A DNA stretch of 64,000 nucleotides, taken from the human T2T-CHM13v2.0 reference genome, Homo sapiens. Numbering within the stretch: the first letter of the stretch is position 1; each line of letters starts with the position of its first letter. The stretch lies in NCBI RefSeq assembly GCF_009914755.1, contig NC_060925.1. One strand, given 5' to 3'. The translations under genes were made by a program, and so were the position numbers. This document shows positions 27,503-42,434 of the stretch, one piece after another. The notes under the pieces were generated by a model, which saw only the letters and a program-made list of their open reading frames with translations, was not told the DNA's origin and ran no database searches.

Positions 27503-29024
27503 CAAAAAATTTTAAGCCTTTACCCAATTTAAAAATTCTTGTCCCGTAGCTCAGGTCCAATCTGGAAGCAGAAACTTACAGTGAGAAGGTGCTACAGTCA
27601 ATTTGCATTGACTTTGTAGCTCCGGTTCCTCTTTCACTTAGGAGCCAGGAATCCTGGGTGGTGGCAATTAAAGAGGGGATAATAGAGATTGAAGGACACA
27701 TTCTTACAGGTCACATATTCTTTATAATCTGCTTTTGTATATTCTGCAGGGCAAACGCTGGGTTTCCTCAGGGTAGAGGAAACTCAAATTCTTCAGAAAA
27801 TTTCCAAGCTGAAGTCTACAACTTGAATTTTTTTTTTTATTTCAGAGATTTACTCCCCAGGTACTTTTCTTCAGACAGTACATCTGACACAGATCATCTC
27901 TGTGAGGGCCAAATTTTCATGGCATGCTGCTTTATGAGTAGTGTCCTTTCATGTTGATTTAAGGTCAGTTATCTATTGTTTGCTTTGCAACATGGGGAAA
28001 ATTCATTTTTTTCTACAAGACATTGGAAATAGTTGTCCATGTGCTAAAACTCTCTCTTCCTGTGTTTGTTAATAGAAGTAGCTATACCTAGTCAGCCTGA
28101 CTTTTTTTAATGAAAGATAGCACAAAACGCTGTGCACACCCAGCTCCAGAGACACATGTTAAGTCCTCCAAGTGATTCTTTGAAAGTCAACTCACCATCA
28201 GTCAGCCCGAGTTAGGCAGAAGAACACCCACTATGAAGAAACACAGAGAATTCTAACAACTTGCTTCAAAGGAATTCTCTATCAAAGATTTATTATTTTG
28301 GTCCCCTACTTATCTTACACACAGAATGGTTTAAGTGATAGGCTACTGTTAACAGAAATAGATTTGTGAAACCCAATTTACAAGTCCTGAATCGATCATC
28401 TGGAATGTAGGATGCAGTTGTTGGCAACTATTATCCCCACTTTTGGTGCCTCAAAGCTTTAAAAAAGTAAAGTTTTATTTAACAAACTATTTCATTAACA
28501 TGCCTGATTTTCCTTTTTCACCATATACACTAAAAGTTATAGCTAAATATCATTCTTCAGAATATAGCACCTTGTCCAGAAGGAGAGATTAGAAATTTGC
28601 TATCTTATACACTGCATTACATACAGTTTGTTCAATGTTTAAAAAATATTTCTCTCTTACTGATTTTCTCCTTATATAATTGATTGGTAAAATGTTATTT
28701 TGTTCATATTTACCTTTGGTTAAGTTATAATCTAAAATAAAAAATTGTATATATGTTTTGTCATGCTGACGATGCTACTAAAAACTCACAAATGGATTAG
28801 TGATAAAATTGACTTAATTTCCATACACAAAAAGGTAAAATTGATATAATCATTATTTACATATATGTGTATACTTTTTATATATTTAAATAGTAGAAGA
28901 ATATAGGTATGGATACTCAAATAATTGTTGTATTTAATTTCTTTTTCTGAACACTTACGTGATAGTTGAGAGCTCATTTAAAAAATATGATAATCTACTG
29001 TCTGAATTTGCTGTCTCAAAATTT

Positions 29025-29294
29025 GAGCTATTCTGTTGAAATCTTAGGAATTCACAGTAACCTAAGGTATTCTTATGTGAAATATAAAAATCTAAAAAAA
29101 AGGTATTTAAATGTCAATAGATGAGACACAAGTGTTAGTGTTTTCTAATGATAGAGTTTTTCTTTATTTTAATAGAGTATCGAATGAAGTACAATTGCTT
29201 TATTTTCTAGGCTATGGTCATGCCACAGATAATTTTTTGTGTAAGAGAAAGTAGATAGAATTTGACCATTGCTTTCAACCATATGTAGTAACAT
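29025..29294 (+). repeat. Local duplication block A, copy 1 (partner 29656-29929)
   Basis: About 270 bp, roughly 88-90% identical by eye (gagctattctgttgaaatc...ttcaaccata). Confidence 0.95.
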
Positions 29295-29304
29295 ACAGCA
29301 TATA

Positions 29305-29654
29305 CATGTGTACTTGTATATGTATGTACACACACAAAATATATGGTCATACAAGGTCAGCCTCTAGCTATCCTACTGCCAGGGCCTTCCAGTGTGCTGG
29401 AATTACAGACGCGAGCCACTACATCTGGACTCTGCATCTAAATGTCATCTGTGACATTTTAATGATACTTCAGATTATCCATGCTTTTTTAACATATAAA
29501 TTTCTGAATAAAATAGTGAATCCTATAGTAGATGAATCATCTAAATCCCAAATTATCATAAATAGATATTATGCAATTAAAGGTTAACTTGCTTACAGAA
29601 TAATCAAGTGGTGAAAGTAAAATGAATTTGGCTATGTAACTGAATTTCCAAAAA
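29305..29654 (+). repeat. Local duplication block B, copy 1 (partner about 31850-32373)
   Basis: Shared gcctctagctatcctactgccagggccttcc...gaatttccaaaaa; includes a partial FLAM. Confidence 0.95.
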
Positions 29655-29655
29655 G

Positions 29656-29929
29656 GAGCTATTCTGTTGAAATCTCATGAATTCACAGTAACCTAAGGTA
29701 TTTTTTCTGTGAAATATAAAAATCTAAAAAAAGGTAATTAAATGTCAGTAGATGAGACACCAAATGTTAGTGTTTTCTAATGACAGAGTTTTTTTAAAAA
29801 AATTAATACAATATCAAATGAAGTACAATTGCTTTCTTTTCTAGGTTATGTCCATGCTACAGATAATTTGTGGGTGTGTGAGAAAGTAGATAGAATTTGA
29901 CCATTGTTTTCAACCATAGGTAGTAATAT
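29656..29929 (+). repeat. Local duplication block A, copy 2
   Basis: Aligns with 29025-29294. Confidence 0.95.
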
Positions 29930-30387
29930 TAAGCCGTTTTAAAATAGTAAGAAATGAATTTTTGAGATCATGGAAGTTAATTTGGAAAAAGTGACGGTAT
30001 GTCTTTTAAAACAGATACATTTGTTCAGATCATAAATAACCTCAAATTTAAGACAAAGTGATAATTTCCCCTCAGTACTGTACAATACTGTTATGGTAGT
30101 CAAATCAGCTGTGTTGATAGTGCTGCTGAAATAATAGAGGTCATGGGGCTATAATTTTATCATTATGTTTACTAGAGCTGTGCCTCTGTTGAACAATCAA
30201 CAGCTCTTCTTATAAATTGTGTTTGTTCTTTCCTTGTAAAAATCTTATCTTATACTGACAGACATGTTCTTTACATTTTTTATTTAATGAGAAAATGTAT
30301 TTATCCTGTCTCTTATTTAATGGCTTAGTGCCCTAAAACAGCATAAGACTGAAAACCTCAAACAAAGTGTCGATGGTGCATAAACAC

Positions 30388-30925
30388 TGTATTAGATAGA
30401 GTTCTTTAGAGACACATAAACTATAGGATATAGATGGATGATAGAAGATAGATAGATAGATAGATAGATATAGATGAATAGAAAGATAGATATGAGAGGG
30501 GATTTATGAGAGCAATTGGCTCATATGTGATTATGGAGGCTGTGTACAAGCAGGAGATGACTTAGAAAAGCTGGTAGTGTGACTCTTTCCAAACCCAAAT
30601 GCTTGAGAACCCAAGTGGCTGCTGGAGTAAGTCCTGGACTCCAAAGGCCAGACAGCACATGGAGTTCTGATTTCCAAGGGCAAGTGAAGGAGACTGTATC
30701 TTAGCTCCAGAAGAGAGACCAGTTTGCCTTTCCTCTATTTTTGTTCTATCCAAGCCTCCAACCACTTGGATGTTGCTTGTCTGCATTCAAGGTGGATCTC
30801 TCTCACTTAGTGTACTCAAAGTCACACTCCAATCTTCTCTGGAAACATCCTCATGAATAATGTTTTACTTGTTCTCTAGGTATTCCTCAATCCAGTCATG
30901 TTGACACCTAAAATTAACCAAAACA
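30388..30925 (-). mobile_element. MLT2B-type (HERV-L) solo LTR with internal (GATA)n
   Basis: tgtattagatagagttc...caatccagtcatgttgacacctaaaattaacca; GATA repeats at about 30447-30492. Confidence 0.85.
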
Positions 30926-31193
30926 GGTACTATACAAGATTTTTTCACTGTAATAGGTAAATATGTTGATTGAAGATGTATGGGAAATTGTAATCCTAAG
31001 ATAATATGATTTTTGTCTATGTAGTATTTAAATAAATCTATTTGCCATTTCAATCTTAAGCAAATTTGCATTTCCAAAATTATTTAAGAAAAACATAGTA
31101 GAATCTCTCTGTATTTATATCTTGTGAAATTTTTCTACTAGAAATATAGATCAATATATAGATTTTTATATCTATAAGGAGGAGATATATATG

Positions 31194-31847
<654 letters not shown>

Positions 31848-31849
31848 TG

Positions 31850-32373
31850 TGAGTGTTTGTGTATGTATGCACACATACACATAAAATACATGGTCATACA
31901 TGGTAAGAAAATACAGGTGTGCACATATATACATATATGTATCTATACATACTAATATTGTGCTTTTTTTTTTTTTAAGTTGGGGGTCTCACTTTGTTTT
32001 CCAGGCCAGTCTCATACTCTTGGCCTCTAGCTATCCTACTGCCAGGGCCTTCCAACATGCTGGGATTACAGACATGAGCCACTGCATCCAGACTCATCTG
32101 TGACATTTTAATGATACTTCAGATTATCCATGCTTTTTTAACATAGAAATTTCTGAATTAAATAGTGAATCCGGTAGTAGATGAGTTATCTAAATCTCAA
32201 ATTATCCTAAATAGATATTATGCAATCAAAGGTTAACCTCCGGTAGTAGATGAGTTATCTAAATCTCAAATTATCCTAAATAGATATTATGCAATCAAAG
32301 GTTAACTTGCTTACATAAATAATCAAGTAGTGAAAGTAAAATGAATTTAGCTATGTATCCGAATTTCCAAAAA
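31850..32373 (+). repeat. Local duplication block B, copy 2 (contains FLAM at about 31964-32092, minus strand)
   Basis: Aligns with 29305-29654 but retains about 115 bp missing from copy 1. Confidence 0.93.
32170..32306 (+). repeat. Perfect 68-bp tandem duplication (period 69)
   Basis: tccggtagtagatg...aaaggttaac at 32170-32237 and 32239-32306, identical, with one C between. Confidence 0.97.
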
Positions 32374-32399
32374 AAAATAAAGATTCCCAAAGTTAAAGC

Positions 32400-33650
32400 A
32401 AAAAAAACCCTAAAAATAAAGAGAGTTACTATGTATTGATTTTAAAAAGTCAAATTATAATTAAGATTGATCATTAGAAATATGTGTACATTTAATAATA
32501 GAGCCTCAGAAAATGATAAAAATAATGTAAAAAGGTAAAACCACAATTACAGTGAGAAATTTCACATATTTCTGTCAGTAAATGATAGATTAAAAAAATA
32601 AAACAAGTAAATTTGAAGATAAGCCACAAAATCATTAAACTTTTTATGTGGGCCTTATTTAAAAGACTGCATCAAAAGCTTCAGAATGCAAATATTTTTC
32701 AAATTCATACAGAAAATATATTGAAAAATGAATAAAGAACTAGAGAATAATACTTATTTTACCTAATAAAGTATATCTATCATCCCATAAAATACTACAA
32801 ATGGGACTCTTAATGGTAAAAAATGTTAAGTATTGTATATAAGAACAGGAACCATATATGAGTGCCCACTTTTCTTGAATGTTTTAGAATAGTAAAATGT
32901 TACAATAGTAAGGCAAGTTTTAAAATAAAACAAAAAGCTTGCTCAGTATTGAGGGAAAAAATATGGTTATTTATAGAAAAAAATGTTCTACAGTCTACAT
33001 AAAATCTATAAATAATTAAAATATATGAGGTTAGCAAAGTTGTTAATTGTAAACTCAATGTATAGATACCAATTGTATTTCTTCACAACAATCGCAAACA
33101 TTTCAAAATTGAAACTTTAGAAAGAACATTTATGTAACATCAAAATATAAAAAGCATATAGGAATAAATTCAATGAAAATGTTTTTCTTAAAAAAAGATA
33201 AATTGTTTTTAAGCATATTAATGAAGGCAAATGTAAAAGAAGAAATATTCAATGTTCATGATATGAAAGACTAAATCATAAATATGCAAATTTTCCCCAA
33301 ACTGATCAAATTTCACCTACTACTTATTCTCTTTTTTTTAATTTTATTTGATTTGGAAACTTGACAGGCTTGTTATAGATTGTATATAAAAGTACAAAAT
33401 TTCAAGAATAGGCATGACACATTTGAAGAACCAAGAGGGAGGAATTGCTATATTATATAAAAATATAGAGTTGAAAATTACAGAATTTAATATATCATTG
33501 TATTTCCAGAAGATACATAGAACAAGGAAACAGGATGGAGAACCCCCAAACAGCCATGCATGTATCAACACGAGATAAATGAGAACAATTGCAGGTTATT
33601 ATGAGAAACATTAAGATTGCTATGACAACTGGCTTCTGCATTTTTAAAAA
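32400..33650 (+). mobile_element. Highly degraded old L1 (L1ME/L1M5) ORF2 fragments
   Basis: A-rich; gttagcaaagttg, ccaattgtatttc, taggaataaatt, aatgttcatg...gaaagact, cccaaactgatc. Confidence 0.6.
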
Positions 33651-33664
33651 TTGACCATTTTGGT

Positions 33665-34095
33665 TATTTTTCTATTTATACCCTCATAACAGTTCTCTGG
33701 CCTTCTCTATCTTTTGGTCGCCTGGGAAAGCTAACTTTATGAACTCTCTTACATAAACTTCCTTGGCCTTTGGCTTCTGATTAGGTTCAGCTAATGACAA
33801 AGACCAGTAAAAGATCAAAAGGTAAGAGACAAAGACCTAAATGTATTTTCCTGAGCAGCAATGGCTTTATTGCCTCAGCAATGTCACATCTCTGAGAGCA
33901 CAATGTCTGCTCCGTGTCCCCTTTTGTTTTACTCTCGTGAATACCCATCTCTTTCAGATTACAGGTGGCAATGACTTCACACAAACTGCTGAAATCTGCA
34001 TGCCAATATCTTTCTTATTTCTTTCTTTAACTCTATTCACACTTCTGTAAAAAGGCTCCTAATTAAACCCTTTCCCAAATCCAGAACCTGACTGC
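33665..34095 (+). mobile_element. ERVL LTR (LTR33A/B-like)
   Basis: ttccttggcctttggcttctgattaggttcagctaatg...attaaaccc...agaacctgactg. Confidence 0.55.
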
Positions 34096-34484
34096 GTTTT
34101 TCTGAAATTTGACAGCTGAAAGACTTAAGCCTCACTTCTCTCTTTCTCTTGTGTCTCTTACCTGGAAAAGCTAATAAGAAAACCTAGGTGCTTCCTCCTT
34201 TGTTACTGGCAGGAATTCAAACCATAAAAGACTGGCCCATGTGTGAAAAATCTTACTCCAGCTCCACCCCGACCACAGAAAAAACTCCAAGCCAGTTTTT
34301 TTTCCTACTTTCTGAAGTCATTTCAGACCTCTTTGGGATACCTTTCTTGTTCTTCCCACAAACCTCGTTGTGCAAGTCAGATATTTTTATATCCTCTTGT
34401 TATATATGTGGTATTATCAGTCTCAAATTCTAAACCAAATTTTTGGCTCGGGGTTTATCTTGACTTGGCAAAGTTGTCACAAGA
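34096..34484 (+). mobile_element. ERVL 5' LTR (MER74/MER73-like)
   Basis: aagctaataagaaaacctaggtgc, aattcaaacca, ccaagccagt, atcagtctcaaattctaaaccaaattttt; immediately followed by a PBS. Confidence 0.6.
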
Positions 34485-34486
34485 AG

Positions 34487-34505
34487 TGGCACTATGAACA
34501 GGATT
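34487..34505 (+). other. Retroviral primer-binding site, tRNA-Ser-like
   Basis: TGGCACTATGAACAGGATT, 2 nt after the LTR end; 16/19 match to the complement of a tRNA-Ser(CGA) 3' end as recalled (TGGCGCTGTGAGCAGGATT). Confidence 0.6.
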
Positions 34506-35490
34506 CCTAGATAATGGTCACCATCACTGAGGATGTTATTTTCTTGCTTTGACTTGCTAACTGCCTCTTCTTGATGGTTGTTAGCTTGATCTTACCTGAT
34601 GGCAAGCATGTACTTGGAGCTACTACCTGCTGGCTAGCTTGTCCTTTGAGCTGTGCAGCTTTGTGTTTTGTTGTTGAGTCCTACTGAGCCTCTGTTATAG
34701 ATTTAGCTGACCTAAGTCAGAAATTTCTATATTTGGTATTTAAAGACAAATAGGATTAGAGCCCTTCTTAAAGTGGCTTTGGGTCATGTGTCTCAGTCTG
34801 GACCTATCTCTATAATTTAAAATGAGGTCATGACTGATACTATGCTCAGGAGAATGATTGTGATCAACTGATTATATATCTTAACCAAGCATTGACCCTT
34901 GATCTATATAGCACTGAAAGGAAAGACACACAGTGGGAGATATGGACCCATCAGGTTGTCGCTTCTGAAAGAGAACTCATTAGGAAGTTAATGAAAAGAA
35001 AAAAGGAACAAAAGAAAAGGAAAATAAAACAGCTATTACGTGGTGTGCTAAAGTCCCCACTTCTAAGAGCAAGGGACTCACCAGGATTCTTACATATCTG
35101 CTCATGTTGCCATGCTTCTGCTGTGACAAACACCCTGACTCTCTCAGTTACAGAAAAAAAACATGCATAGCATCCCCATGGCACAGCAAAGGAGATGATC
35201 CAATCCCAATTATAATCCAGGATCATTAAACTCTATAAAGCAATCATTTTCATGGAGGAGTTTGTTAAACTGATGATATGAATTTGATACTTTCAGGAGG
35301 AAGAAATTTATAAGTATGAGCATGGTGGAGTGCCCTTCCACACAGAAATACAACCAGTGACTAAAAATAAATAAATATTTAAAAAGAAAGACAAAAAGGA
35401 AACAGATATAAAGGAAAGAAACAAAACTAAAAAAAAAAACTGAATGAAGTTCCACAATATGATCTAATTAGAAATCCAACATTTATTACA
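34506..35490 (+). mobile_element. ERVL internal leader/gag remnant
   Basis: Lies between the PBS and the L1 insertion; assigned by position, no clear peptide motif read. Confidence 0.4.
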
Positions 35491-37542
35491 AGAATTTATA
35501 CAACAGAAATGATGGGATAGAAGTCATCTGTTTATATCCCCTCATAACAAGAATTCTTTACCTATCCACAAAAAAAGAATCTCTTTCTAGAAGCCTCAGG
35601 ACTCAGGGAGGAACCTGTGGAACCCAGGTGTAGCCCATGACCTAAAAGGGTCATTTTGAGAGTGAAGACCTGCACCCAGGTGGCAGACCTGCAAATTGTG
35701 CTACTAGCTCAAGCCTAGAAATAACCAGAGTCCCCAAAAGGCTGCCTTCAGACCTTTATGACCTTGAACCTGCAACTAAAACCATCTGTCAAGGGACTAA
35801 GGAGAAATCATGCACACTAGTGCCTTGGTAGAGAGGATTGTCTGCCTACTGACATTTGTCTTGGCAGTGAATCTGGAAGTCACCCTGTGGCTTGCTTAAG
35901 TACCCTTAGCTATTGTACCAGGCTAGTACTGCTTACACAAAAACCCAGAGTAAGACCTTCCTGTATCTTGCAACCTGGGTGTTTCCTATTTGTCTGAGCT
36001 TTGACGATGGGCTTGCCAAACTCCATTTCATAGTAAATCCTAAGGGGACCCAATTTCAGCTCAGGACCTTTTTGCTGCAGTCAGAAAACTATGCAGAAAA
36101 CTTCTGGGAGATGTGTCCCTATCAGGGCTACCAGGGCAGACTCACCAGTCTTCATCCCACAGAAGATCCTGAAGTTCCCAGTTCAGTCTCCAGCTCCTCT
36201 CAATGAACTCTAGAAACTGTCCCACCTGTGCAGGGAACTGACAGGAGGCATGACCATCAGGGCCACTGATCCCTGCCTAGCTTTCCCACATAGCCTGGGT
36301 ACCCCCTCCCCCTGGGTCTTCTGCAACTCCATCATGGATTAGGCATCCTGACAACTTAACAACTCTTGCAAGACTCATGGCAAACCTGGGCTTATGACAC
36401 CCTCGAGTACTAAAACAGCTGCAGCAGTCATAGCTTAAGGAGCATATTCTGCTGAGAATTTCTGGGCAGGCCTGCAGAGGAAAGACAGGCACAAACAAGG
36501 CTAGACTGAGAAGATTGGAATAAAAGCTCAATTATTTAACGTGAAGACATTGACATATGTCCACAGGCATCAAAAACAAACAGGAAAATATGACTCAACA
36601 GAAGAAAAATATAAGATATCAGTGACTGACCCTAAAGGGATGGAGATGTGTAATTTGCCAGACAAAGAATTCAAAATATTTCTTTTAAAGAAGCTCAGTG
36701 AACTTCACAAAAACACTAATAAACAATTGAAGAAAGGTTATCAGATAAATTAATCAGAAAAGTTGAAATGATAATAAAAATAGCAATCCTAGAACTGAAA
36801 AATACAATGAATGAAATGAAGAAATGCAAGTGAGAACAACAGCAGAATTAAGCAGAGGAAAATATCTGTGAACTCAAGAGAGGGGAAAAAGGAATAAAGA
36901 AATGAGGAAAGCTTATGAGATTAGTAAGATGTCAAAAGAGCAAATGAATGTGTTATTGGAGTTTAAGACCCTTTCCTATAACACTTTCCTATTAGAGGGA
37001 ATAGAGAAAGAAAAAAGAGTAGAAAGAAGTTCGTTTTTCTCTTTGTTTTTCTTAATAGAAGAAATCTTTACAGATTAGGAGAGAAATAGGAATATTCAGG
37101 TACAGGAAGGCCAACAGTCACCAATCAGATTCAATCCAGAAAAATACCCTAAGACATATAATCAAATTGTCAAAGACAAAGAGGATCCTAAAGGCATCAT
37201 GAGAAAGGAAGCAAATAACTAATAACAGACTTCCAATATGTATAATAGTAGACTTCTCAACAGAAAACATACAGGGCAGGAAAGAGTGAATAATATATTT
37301 AAAGTGCTAAGGGTGATAAAAAGAAAACCCTGCCAACCAAAAATACTATACCCAGAAGAACAGCCCTTTAGAAATAGAAAGAGATACTTTCCCAGTAAAA
37401 CAAAAACTGAGGGAATGTGTTAGCACTAGTACTGACTTATGAGAAATGCTAAAGGGAACTATTTAAGCTGAAAGAAAATGATGCTAATGAGTAACATGAA
37501 AACACCTATAGGCATAAAACTCACTAGTAAAAGTAAATATAC

Positions 37543-37828
37543 TAGTGGAGCATGGTGGCCCACACCTATAATTCCAGCACTTTGGGAGGCCAAGGTAGAA
37601 GAATTGGTTAAGGCCAGGAGTTGGAGACCAGTCTGTGAAAAAGAGAGACTCCATCTTAAAAAAAAAAAAAAAAGCTAGCCTGGCATGATGACTTGCACCT
37701 GTATTCCTAGTTACTCAGGAGGCTGAGGTGGGAAGGTCACTTGAACCAGGAGTTTGAGGTTATAATGAGCTATGATTATATCACTGCACTCCAGCTTGGG
37801 TGACAGAGTGAAGCTCTGTCTCTTAAAG
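37543..37828 (+). mobile_element. AluJ inside L1
   Basis: gagctatgatt, gaggtgggaag; TSD aaaagtaaata(t/c)ac. Confidence 0.88.
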
Positions 37829-38352
37829 AAAAGTAAATACACAGTGAAATTCAGAATACACTAATGATATGATGTTGGAGCATAAATCACTTAGATTCTT
37901 AGTATGATGGGTAAAAAAATAAACTATAAAAATAATAAGGATAAATAGGTAAGAGATATGCAATATAAAAAGATGAAAATTGTGATATCAATAATTCAAA
38001 ATAGGTAGGGAGTATAGTTAACACATGGAGGATTTTTTGTATGAATTGTTTTATGCAATCAATATTAAGTGGTTATCTGCTTAATGTAACCTGTTATAAG
38101 ATGTTTTATGTAAGCCTCAAATTAACCGCAAAAGAGAAACCTACAATTGATATAATAAGAATTTAAAAGCAAGGAATTTGTACAAACTACTAGAGAAAAT
38201 CACTTAACTTTAAAAGAAGACAATAATAGAGGAAGAAAGAAAAATATACACAACAACTAGAAAATAACAAAATAGCAGCAATAAACTCATACCTAGAAGT
38301 AATTACCTTCAATGTAAATGCATTAAATTATCCAATTAAAAGACCTGGAGTG

Positions 38353-38674
<322 letters not shown>

Positions 38675-41600
38675 CTAAATAAATGATAAATAAACACTTT
38701 GTTCTACCTTCCAGAGACTCATTTCACCTGTATAAACACACATAGAATGAAAGTGAAGGATAGAAAAAGATATTTCAAATAAACCAAAACCAAAAGAGCA
38801 GGAGTAGCTATACCTATATCAAATCAAATAGATGTTAATGTAAAAGCTGTAATAAAAAAGACAAAGAAGGTCATTATATAATAAGAAAGGAGTAAAATCT
38901 TCAAGATTTATAATATCAGTAAGAGCATGTTGTAAATATATATGCACCCAACATCAGTGAATCTAACTATATAAAGCAAATATGAAGGAGAGATAGACTG
39001 CAACGAAATAATAGTAGGAGACTTCAACATCCCACTTTCAGCAATAAACAGATTATTTAGACAGGAAATCAACAAAAACACATAGGATTTAAACTGTACT
39101 CTAGACTAAGTAAACCTAACAGACAGTTACAGAATATTTCTCCAAACAACTGCTGAATACCCTTCCTTCTAACGAGCACAAGGAACATTCTCTAGGATAG
39201 ATTATATGGTAGGCCACAAAACAAGTTTTAAAAGATTTAAGAAGATTGAAATAATTTCAAACATCTTTTCTGACCACATTAATATAAAACTAAAAATAAA
39301 TTAAAAATCAACAACAGGAATAATTTTGGAAACTTCACAAATACCTGGAAAGTAATCAACATTGTTCTTAATGGCCAAATGGGTTATTAAGGAAATTAAG
39401 GGGAAAATTAAATATTTCTTGAAATAATAAAAAAGGGAGCTCAGCATACCAAACCCTATGGAATACTTCAAAAGTAAACTCTAAGGGAGAAGTTTATAGC
39501 AATAAACACTTATGTCAAAAAGGAAGATTTCAAATAAATAACCTATTGTTGCATCTCAGGAAATTAATAAGAAACAAGACAAACTAAACCCAAAATTGGT
39601 AGAAGGAAGGAAACAATAAAGATCCCAGCAGAAATAAACAAAATAGAGACTAGAAAAACAACTCAAAGATCAACTAAATAAATATTATTTATTTAAAGAC
39701 AAATCTTGGCCTAGACTAAGAAAAAAAAGAGTAAAATCAAATATATAAAATCAGAAATAATAAAGTAGACATTACAGCTAGTACGACAGAAATACAAAGG
39801 ATCATAAGAAACTATTCTGAACAATTATATGCAAACAAATTAGATAACCTAGAGGAATGGATACATTTTTGGACACATACAACTTACCAACATTAAACTA
39901 TGAGGAAACAGAAAATCTGAACACACCAATAACAAGTAAGGAGATTGAATCAGTAGTAAAAATAAATAAATAAATAAATATCCCATCAAAGAAAATCTCA
40001 AGCTCTAATGGGTTCACTGCTAAATTCTATCAAACATTTAAAGAAGAACTGATATGAATCCTGATCAAAGTAATCCAAAAAATAGAGTAGGAGAGAATAC
40101 TTCCAAACTCTTTCTACAAGGCCACTATTATCCTGATCCAAAAGCCAGACAATGAGGCAACAAAAACAAGAAAACTACAGTTCAATATCCCTAATAAACA
40201 GAGATGCAAAAATTCTCAACAAAATACTAGCAAATCTAACTCAATAGCACATCCAAAGATAATTCACCATGAACAAGTGGTATTCATCCGAGGGTCGTAA
40301 GTATGTTTTGACATACGCAAATTAATAAATTGGTGTATCACCTTAACAGAATGAAAAACAAAAATGGTGTGATCATTTCAATAGATGCAGAAAAAGAATT
40401 TGACAAAATCCATTATCACTTTTTAATTGAAAACCTCCCAAAAAATTAGGTATAGAAGAAATGTATGTCAACACAATAAACTCCATATGTGACAACCCAA
40501 TGGTTAACATCATACTGAATGAGGAAAAGCTGAAAGCTTTCCCTTCATGGTCTGGAACAAGGTAAGCATGCCCATTTTCACTATTTCTGTTCAACCTGCT
40601 ACTGGAAGTTCTAGCCAGAGCAATTAAGCAACAGAAAGAAATAGAAGGCATTCAAATTGGAAAAAAATAATTAAACTCTTCCTGTTTGCAAACGATCTGA
40701 TTTTATATATAGGAAACCCTAAAGACCACAAAAGAACACTGTTAGAACTAATAAACAAATTCAGAAAGGTTGCAGGATAGAAAAAAAAAAAGAATCTGTA
40801 GTGTTTTTATATGCTAATAGTGAACTATCTGAAAAAAAATCAAGAAAACAATGAAAACAATTCCATTTCAAATAGATACAAAAATACAACACTTAAAATG
40901 AATTTAAGCAAGGAGGTGAAAGATCTCTGCAGTAAAAACTAGAAAACATTGATGAAAGAAACTGAAGTAGACACAAATAAAGGTAAACATATCCTGTGTT
41001 CATGTATTGGCAGAATTACTATTGCTAAAATATATATACTATCCAAAGCAGTCTACAAATTTAATGCAGTCCCTATCAAAATATCAATAACATTCATCAC
41101 AGAAATACAAAGAAAATTCTAAAATTTGTATGGAAACACAAAATACCTCAAGGAGTCAGCAATCTTGAGCAAAAAGAGCAAAGGTGGAGATATCACACTA
41201 CCTGACCTTAAAATATCCTACAAAGTTGTAAGTAACCAAATCAGCATGATACTGGCATAAAAAAGACACACAGACAAATAGAACAGAATGAAACATCAAT
41301 AAATAAACCCAAGCATTTACATCCCACTGATTTTCAACAAAAGTGCCAATAACACACATTAGAGAAAACCAATCTCTTCAATAAATGGTGTTGGAAAAAC
41401 TAAATATCCACTTGCAGAAGAATGAAATTAGATACATATCTTTCAACATATAAAAAATCAACTCTAAATATATCAAAGACCTAAATGTAAGATTGAAACT
41501 ATAAAACTACCAGAAAACCTCAGGAAAAAAACTTCATGACCTTAGTCTGAGCAAGAATTTTTTTTTTATGACACCTCAAAAACATAGGAAACAAAAGCAA

Positions 41601-42063
41601 AAATAAGCAAAAATAGACCAAAAAAAGAGAAAATAACTAACAGAGTAAAAATTAACATATGATAGAATATATTAATATTTACAAGCTATACATCTGATAA
41701 GGAGTTCATATCAAAAATATATAAGGGATTCAACTCACTAACAAAAACAAATAAATAACCTGATTTTAAAATGGACCAAAGACCTAAGTAAGCATTTCTC
41801 AAAAAGAGACATAATGGCCAAAAGGAGTATGAGAAAGTGCTTAAGAGCACTAGTTATCAGTGAAGTGCAAATCAAACCCACAATGAGAAACTGTCTCACT
41901 CCAGTTAAAATGTTGGTTATCAAAAATGACAGAAGATAACAAATGTTTTGAAGATGTGGAGAAAAGGAGGATGTGGAAAAAAGGGATCCTTGGTACCTTG
42001 TTGGTGGGAATTTAAATTAGTGAAATTAGCCAGCACAGAAAGACAAATAGTACATGATCTCCC

Positions 42064-42434
42064 TGTATAAGTCCTTTTTTATGCTGCTGATAAAGTCATA
42101 CCCGAGACTGGGCAATTTACAAAAAAAAAGAGGTCTAATTGGACTTACAGTTCCACATGTCTGAGGAGGCCTCACAATCATGGCAGAAGGCAAGGAGGAG
42201 CAACTTACACCTTACGTGGGTGGCAGCAGGCCAAGAGAGAGCTTGTGCAGAGACACTCCCATTTTTAAAACCATCAGATCTCATGAGACTCATTCACTAT
42301 CACCAGAACTGTGCAGGAAAGACCCACCCCCATAATTCAATCACCTCCCACTGGATTCCTCCCATGACATGCGGAAGCTGTGGGAGTTACCATTCAAGGT
42401 GAGATTTGGGTGGGGACACAGCCAAACCATACCA
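42064..42434 (-). mobile_element. THE1A-like solo LTR inside L1 3' UTR
   Basis: tgtataagtcc...gggcaatttac...ggggacacagccaaaccatacca; TSD CTCCC at 42059-42063 and 42435-42439. Confidence 0.92.
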
